Source: a bacterium (GTDB lineage Bacteria; Patescibacteriota; Saccharimonadia; Saccharimonadales; DATKHC01). From it: a DNA stretch of 64,000 nucleotides. The notes under the pieces are model-generated. The model did not search any database and had not been told where the DNA came from. It worked only from the letters and a program-made list of their open reading frames with translations. Location of the stretch: NCBI GenBank assembly GCA_021781215.1, contig JAJXXC010000008.1:6965-70964 (forward strand), read 5' to 3'. Shown here one piece after another: positions 59,939-64,000 of this stretch. Both the position numbers and the translations under genes were made by a program. Within the stretch, counting starts at the first letter, position 1, and each line of letters begins with the position of its first letter.

Positions 59939-61204
59939 TTACTCACTACCTACTGTTATCGGAATATTTTCAAGTACTCCGTTTCTAAGTACGCTAAGAT
60001 TTAGCTGTGTGCCGGCTTGGTTTTGGTCGATTATTGACACTAGGCTATTATTTTGATTAATAGGAACGCCATTAACTGATTCAATAACATCCCCTTCCCG
60101 AAGACCTGCACGCGATGCAGGACTATTCGCTACTATCGGAGACCGATTCTGATTCTGGGTCGAAGTCGGTATATATGCTCCAGATGTTACGCTCAAATTA
60201 TACTGTTTAGCTACCGCGGGGGAGATTGACACGTAATAAACTCCAAGATACGGTCTCATAAATTTGCCGGTATCTAGAACGCCCTTAATGATGCCCTTAA
60301 CGTCATTGATGGGTATGGAAAAGCCGATGTTTTGGGCGCCATTGCTCGCAACTGCAGTATTAATTCCTATTACCCTGCCGCTATCATCAATTAGTGGACC
60401 CCCAGAGTTGCCTGAGTTTATAGCTGCGTCTGTCTGTATCATGTCCTGTAAAGTCTCCGTGTTTGTTGACATAATATTACCACTGCTATCGCCTGCCTGA
60501 ATTGATCTACCGCGACCAGATATTATTCCACTAGTTACTGTATTTTGAAACTCACCCAAAGCATTGCCAATAGCCACTACGCTGTCGCCTATGGCTATCT
60601 TATTTGAATCCCCAAGAAGAGCTGGCTGTAAATTTGCTGGTGGATTATTAATTTTTAATACCGCTATATCAAGCGAATCACTCTGGCTAGTCTCACCCAC
60701 TACGCTAATATTATTCAAAACTGTTCCGTTGCTCATAGTAATACTAACTGACATAGTACCGGCTGGAACTACGTGCCTATTGGTCACGACATAACCACTA
60801 TTGCTAACAATGATTCCAGTGCCTGAACTTTCCTGCTGACTTGGTTGACTAAATCCAAATACATTGGTGACTTGAGTGGCGCTGATCGCATTCACAGACA
60901 CTACACTCGGACTGACAGTACTAGCTATAACAGATACAAGTTGGCTATTCGCTGGGCTAACAATTTCTTTAACTTGAGTTGAGGCTATGCTTTGATGCCT
61001 GTATTGCAAAATTGCCCCTGCATAACCAGCACCAAAACTGATTACTAAGATAATAAAAAGGTATGTAAACCTATTATTCAGCTTTTTTAAATCTTGGACC
61101 TTGCCTGAGTTTATAAAATTAGATTTTATCTCGTTAATCTTCCTATTAGGTACAGGAAGTGCTTCGTATGATCCTTCCTTTGATTTTTTAGTTTCTGGTT
61201 TCAT
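59939..61204 (-). CDS. HtrA/DegP-family serine protease (TM + trypsin + PDZ)
   Basis: TNRHV, D, QTDAAINSGNSGGPL; one PDZ domain. Confidence 0.95.
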   Translation of the reverse strand: MKPETKKSKEGSYEALPVPNRKINEIKSNFINSGKVQDLKKLNNRFTYLFIILVISFGAGYAGAILQYRHQSIASTQVKEIVSPANSQLVSVIASTVSPSVVSVNAISATQVTNVFGFSQPSQQESSGTGIIVSNSGYVVTNRHVVPAGTMSVSITMSNGTVLNNISVVGETSQSDSLDIAVLKINNPPANLQPALLGDSNKIAIGDSVVAIGNALGEFQNTVTSGIISGRGRSIQAGDSSGNIMSTNTETLQDMIQTDAAINSGNSGGPLIDDSGRVIGINTAVASNGAQNIGFSIPINDVKGIIKGVLDTGKFMRPYLGVYYVSISPAVAKQYNLSVTSGAYIPTSTQNQNRSPIVANSPASRAGLREGDVIESVNGVPINQNNSLVSIIDQNQAGTQLNLSVLRNGVLENIPITVGSE

Positions 61205-61248
61205 TTAATCTCCAAAATTTTTACTTATCTTGATATAAACATTTTTGT

Positions 61249-61270
61249 CTGAATAACGACTGAATAACGA
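61249..61270. repeat. 11-bp tandem direct repeat (CTGAATAACGA x2) upstream of htrA
   Basis: Seen directly in the sequence. Confidence 0.8.
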
Positions 61271-61282
61271 TAGATTTTTTTT

Positions 61283-62038
61283 CTAAAATGTCTTAGAGCT
61301 CCAGTCAGAAAGAAATACAATTACAAACACCAACGCTATCATTACCATAATGATCTGTTTTTTATTTTGATTATTCAGTTTATCGTTTTCTTTAAGATAG
61401 TATAGACTACCCAACCCAAGACCAATAGTGCTGAGTAGTACAGTTGGCTGGGCATAGGTGCCGTAATAATATAGTAGCCAATGACCCAAAACCCAGACTA
61501 ATGCAGCTGAAAAATATCCCCACGCGTGTGAATACATTGAGGCAAACGATTCATCAAATATAGTAAAGAAGTGTCTGGCCGCAAGGTAGCAAACAAGCCA
61601 CGTAGCTATTATTAAAAGCACTAGCGGGGGGGCTAAACTGCTTTGGAAGCTAAAAATAGCCATAAGGCCAATAAATTGACCAAAAAAAGCCTGCATTGCA
61701 ATAAAAATACCGCTAGATCTTGGCTTAATTACCGTCAGCCATATAACGTATAGCACAGCAAATATTAACTGCACTACTTCTGAGCTAGTATGATTTAGAA
61801 ACTCTAGATACGATAGGCCAATAATTATATCTATGCCGTTAGCACGTAGATTAGGCAACCAATATCTGGGTTTTACTGCTAAAACACGCCATTTACTTAT
61901 CAGAAATAGTATAATCGCAAACCACGGATCAAAATGCATGAGTATGAATAGCAGAAATGGTAATAGCGCATTCAGCCCCACATGGATTACATACGGAACG
62001 CCATTCTTTGGTTTTAGTCTTTCCCTAATTGATCTCAT
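61283..62038 (-). CDS. Hypothetical multi-pass membrane protein
   Basis: ~8 hydrophobic segments; SKWRVLAVKPRYW..N motif-like segment. Confidence 0.75.
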   Translation of the reverse strand: MRSIRERLKPKNGVPYVIHVGLNALLPFLLFILMHFDPWFAIILFLISKWRVLAVKPRYWLPNLRANGIDIIIGLSYLEFLNHTSSEVVQLIFAVLYVIWLTVIKPRSSGIFIAMQAFFGQFIGLMAIFSFQSSLAPPLVLLIIATWLVCYLAARHFFTIFDESFASMYSHAWGYFSAALVWVLGHWLLYYYGTYAQPTVLLSTIGLGLGSLYYLKENDKLNNQNKKQIIMVMIALVFVIVFLSDWSSKTF

Positions 62039-62190
62039 AGTAGTTTGTAGATAATTATATCAAATAGTGGCCAATAGTAGCATCTCTAGTCTTATAAATA
62101 CTATATAGCTAGTATGATACAGCTATAAATTCAAATTTGCATACTTTAGAATTAACTAAAATATAATGTTATAATTTAAGTAACTTACCT

Positions 62191-62784
62191 ATGGAATCAG
62201 ATCAAATAAAACCAAAAAGACACGAGATATTTTCCACTCTTTTAATGTTTTTTTTAGCAATACTAATTGCCTTTTTACTTACAGCTTACGTTTTTCAACA
62301 ATATCAAGTTGATGGACCAAGTATGCAAACATCTCTATATAATCAAAACAGACTTATAGTCGTAAAATACAAAAGAACTTGGGCAAGAATTACTGGGCAT
62401 CCATATATTCCTAAGCGAGGTGACATAATTATTTTTAATCAAAATGGTCTTTATAATATTAATGGACTACCAGAAAAAACATTAGTAAAAAGAGTTATCG
62501 GCCTACCCGGTGATCGAGTAGTCATATCTAACGGCGTGGTAAAAATATACAATAAAAAACACCCTGCTGGCTTTTATCCCGACAAAACACTATCTTATGG
62601 CAAAGTAATTGGTTACACTAGTGGCAATATTGATATAACACTACCTAAAAATTATATTTATGTTATGGGTGACAATCGATCAGACTCACTAGATTCTAGG
62701 GTTTTTGGGCCAGTTAATGCTAATCAGATTATCGGCAAACTAGTGCTTAGAGTATACCCTTTTAATACCGTAAAACTTTTTTAG
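62191..62784 (+). CDS. lepB: Signal peptidase I
   Basis: GPSM (Ser), KRVIGLPGD (Lys), GDNR..S.DSR. Confidence 0.96.
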   Translation: MESDQIKPKRHEIFSTLLMFFLAILIAFLLTAYVFQQYQVDGPSMQTSLYNQNRLIVVKYKRTWARITGHPYIPKRGDIIIFNQNGLYNINGLPEKTLVKRVIGLPGDRVVISNGVVKIYNKKHPAGFYPDKTLSYGKVIGYTSGNIDITLPKNYIYVMGDNRSDSLDSRVFGPVNANQIIGKLVLRVYPFNTVKLF

Positions 62785-62792
62785 TGTCGGAC

Positions 62793-63665
62793 TTATATTA
62801 ATATTTGATTGATTATATCCTTGAGATTCTGGTCGGAAGTAAAGCTAATTTCGAGCTTACCTCCATTGGCAGTTCTCCTTATACTCACAGGTGCAGATAT
62901 CGCTCTTGCTAACATCTGCGTTTCTACGGTCTCTTTTGCCATATGTAGTCTCATGTCGTCTATTGGCTTATTCTGTTTTTTAACACCAACGACAAACTGT
63001 TCAGCTTGTCTCACAGACCAATGATACTTTATTATAGATTCCAACAGTTGGTTAAGTTTATCTGGATCATCCTTGAGCGATACGAGAGCTTTTGCATGGC
63101 CTTCAGTTATCTGTCTATTTTCTAATGCCTTCTTAGCCGACTCTGGTAGCGACAAGAGCCTTACACTATTAGTGATAGTTGGTTCAGCCTTACCTAGCCT
63201 AAGAGCAATAGCTGAATAAGGCATTTTGAATATATCATGTAGCTTCTCGATTGATAATGCTTGCTCTAGTGGTGATAGATCAACTCTTTGAACATTTTCT
63301 ACTATGGCAATTTCTAGCTTTTCAAGCTCTTTAAGGGTTCTAACTATTACCGGTAAGCTCTTTAGGCCAATTTTTTTTGCAGCCTGCCATCGTCTTTCAC
63401 CTGCGATAATAATGTATTTAGCTCCGTCTTTAGATTTTGGAGATACAATTAACGGTTGTAGGATCCCGTGTTGTTTTATAGATTCACCCAATTCGTCAAT
63501 CGCATCTTGATTAAAATTTTTACGAGGCTGATCCTTATTGGGTTCAATCTTGTCTATATCTATCTTTTGAATCCTTTCACTCTCATTCAGCAAAAAACTA
63601 GAGTCGAAGTTTTTAGGCAATAACGATTCTATTCCCCGTCCTAAACTTATATTTTTTTTAGCCAT
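62793..63665 (-). CDS. parB: ParB/Spo0J partition protein
   Basis: LGRG, QPRK.F, GILQP, IAGERRW, ENVQR.DL. Confidence 0.96.
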   Translation of the reverse strand: MAKKNISLGRGIESLLPKNFDSSFLLNESERIQKIDIDKIEPNKDQPRKNFNQDAIDELGESIKQHGILQPLIVSPKSKDGAKYIIIAGERRWQAAKKIGLKSLPVIVRTLKELEKLEIAIVENVQRVDLSPLEQALSIEKLHDIFKMPYSAIALRLGKAEPTITNSVRLLSLPESAKKALENRQITEGHAKALVSLKDDPDKLNQLLESIIKYHWSVRQAEQFVVGVKKQNKPIDDMRLHMAKETVETQMLARAISAPVSIRRTANGGKLEISFTSDQNLKDIINQILI

Positions 63666-64000
63666 TTTGTTTCTCCATTATTAGTACTTCATTTGCAAAT
63701 TGTTTATATGCTCTAGCCCCTTTACTCCATCTGTCGTGTTGAAATATAGTTTTACCAAAACTTGGCGCCTCTGCTAATCTAACATTCCTAGGAATAATAG
63801 CTTTAAAAACTTTATTTCCAAAATGTTGTCTAATCTGCATGCTGACTTGCTCAGATAAGCTAGTCCTTTTATCATACATAGTTAGCAAAACTCCTAATAG
63901 TTCTAACCTTGGATTTAAGCCTTCTCTAACTCTCTGGGTAACATCCAAGAGCTGTCCAAGTCCTTCCATGGCGTAATACTCAGTTTGTACAGGAATAATT
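63658..64000 (-). CDS. parA: ParA/Soj ATPase, C-terminal part (truncated by window edge)
   Basis: IPVQTEYYAMEG, LTMYD.RT, IPRNVRLAEAPS.G. Confidence 0.95.
   Translation of the reverse strand, partial: IIPVQTEYYAMEGLGQLLDVTQRVREGLNPRLELLGVLLTMYDKRTSLSEQVSMQIRQHFGNKVFKAIIPRNVRLAEAPSFGKTIFQHDRWSKGARAYKQFANEVLIMEKQNG

Noticed and set aside
1030..63510. Numerous 60-130 aa ORFs overlapping confident genes (e.g. 1030-1422, 12610-12924, 35147-35503, 55541-55867)
   Set aside because: Shadow ORFs antisense or out of frame to well-supported CDSs, with no motifs
1..64000. CRISPR array, integrase, transposase or prophage genes
   Set aside because: No regularly spaced repeats or recognisable mobile-element proteins seen
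1..64000. Alternative genetic code (TGA recoded, as in Gracilibacteria/Absconditabacteria)
   Set aside because: Conserved genes are full length in code 11, several end in TGA (serS, mraY, prmC), and RF2 is intact

Overview
AT-rich chromosome segment from a reduced-genome bacterium. Gene content and order point to Patescibacteria/CPR, most likely Saccharibacteria (inference): short MraZ, GlyQS, a sigma4+HARE-HTH protein, short EF-Ts, and rpsB-tsf-frr-uppS-rseP without pyrH/cdsA/dxr. The genetic code is standard (TGA stops, intact RF2). The left ~7.7 kb is accessory: an amino-sugar/aminocyclitol-like enzyme cluster, then a ~1 kb three-ORF cassette bounded by 25-bp inverted repeats beside tRNA-Glu(CTC). 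The rest is core: a two-component system, der, pth, topA, a dcw cluster lacking ftsI, glyQS, recO, xseAB, pyrG, ftsEX-CHAP-ctpA, prfB, secA, serS, lysS, proS, rpsB-tsf-frr, prfA-prmC, htrA, lepB, parAB. The most interesting unannotated signals are: (1) a ~360-nt structured candidate ncRNA with its own promoter and terminator between pth and topA; (2) a structured RNA element with a pseudoknot and anti-SD-like loop between mraZ and rsmH, plus a hidden 19-aa sORF with a very strong SD after rsmH; (3) a divergent heliorhodopsin-like protein with DxxxK in TM7; (4) a pseudokinase/pseudo-receiver pair; (5) the inverted-repeat cassette; (6) a dif-like site; (7) frequent leaderless promoter architecture. 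All calls were made by eye from motifs; no database search or folding computation was run.
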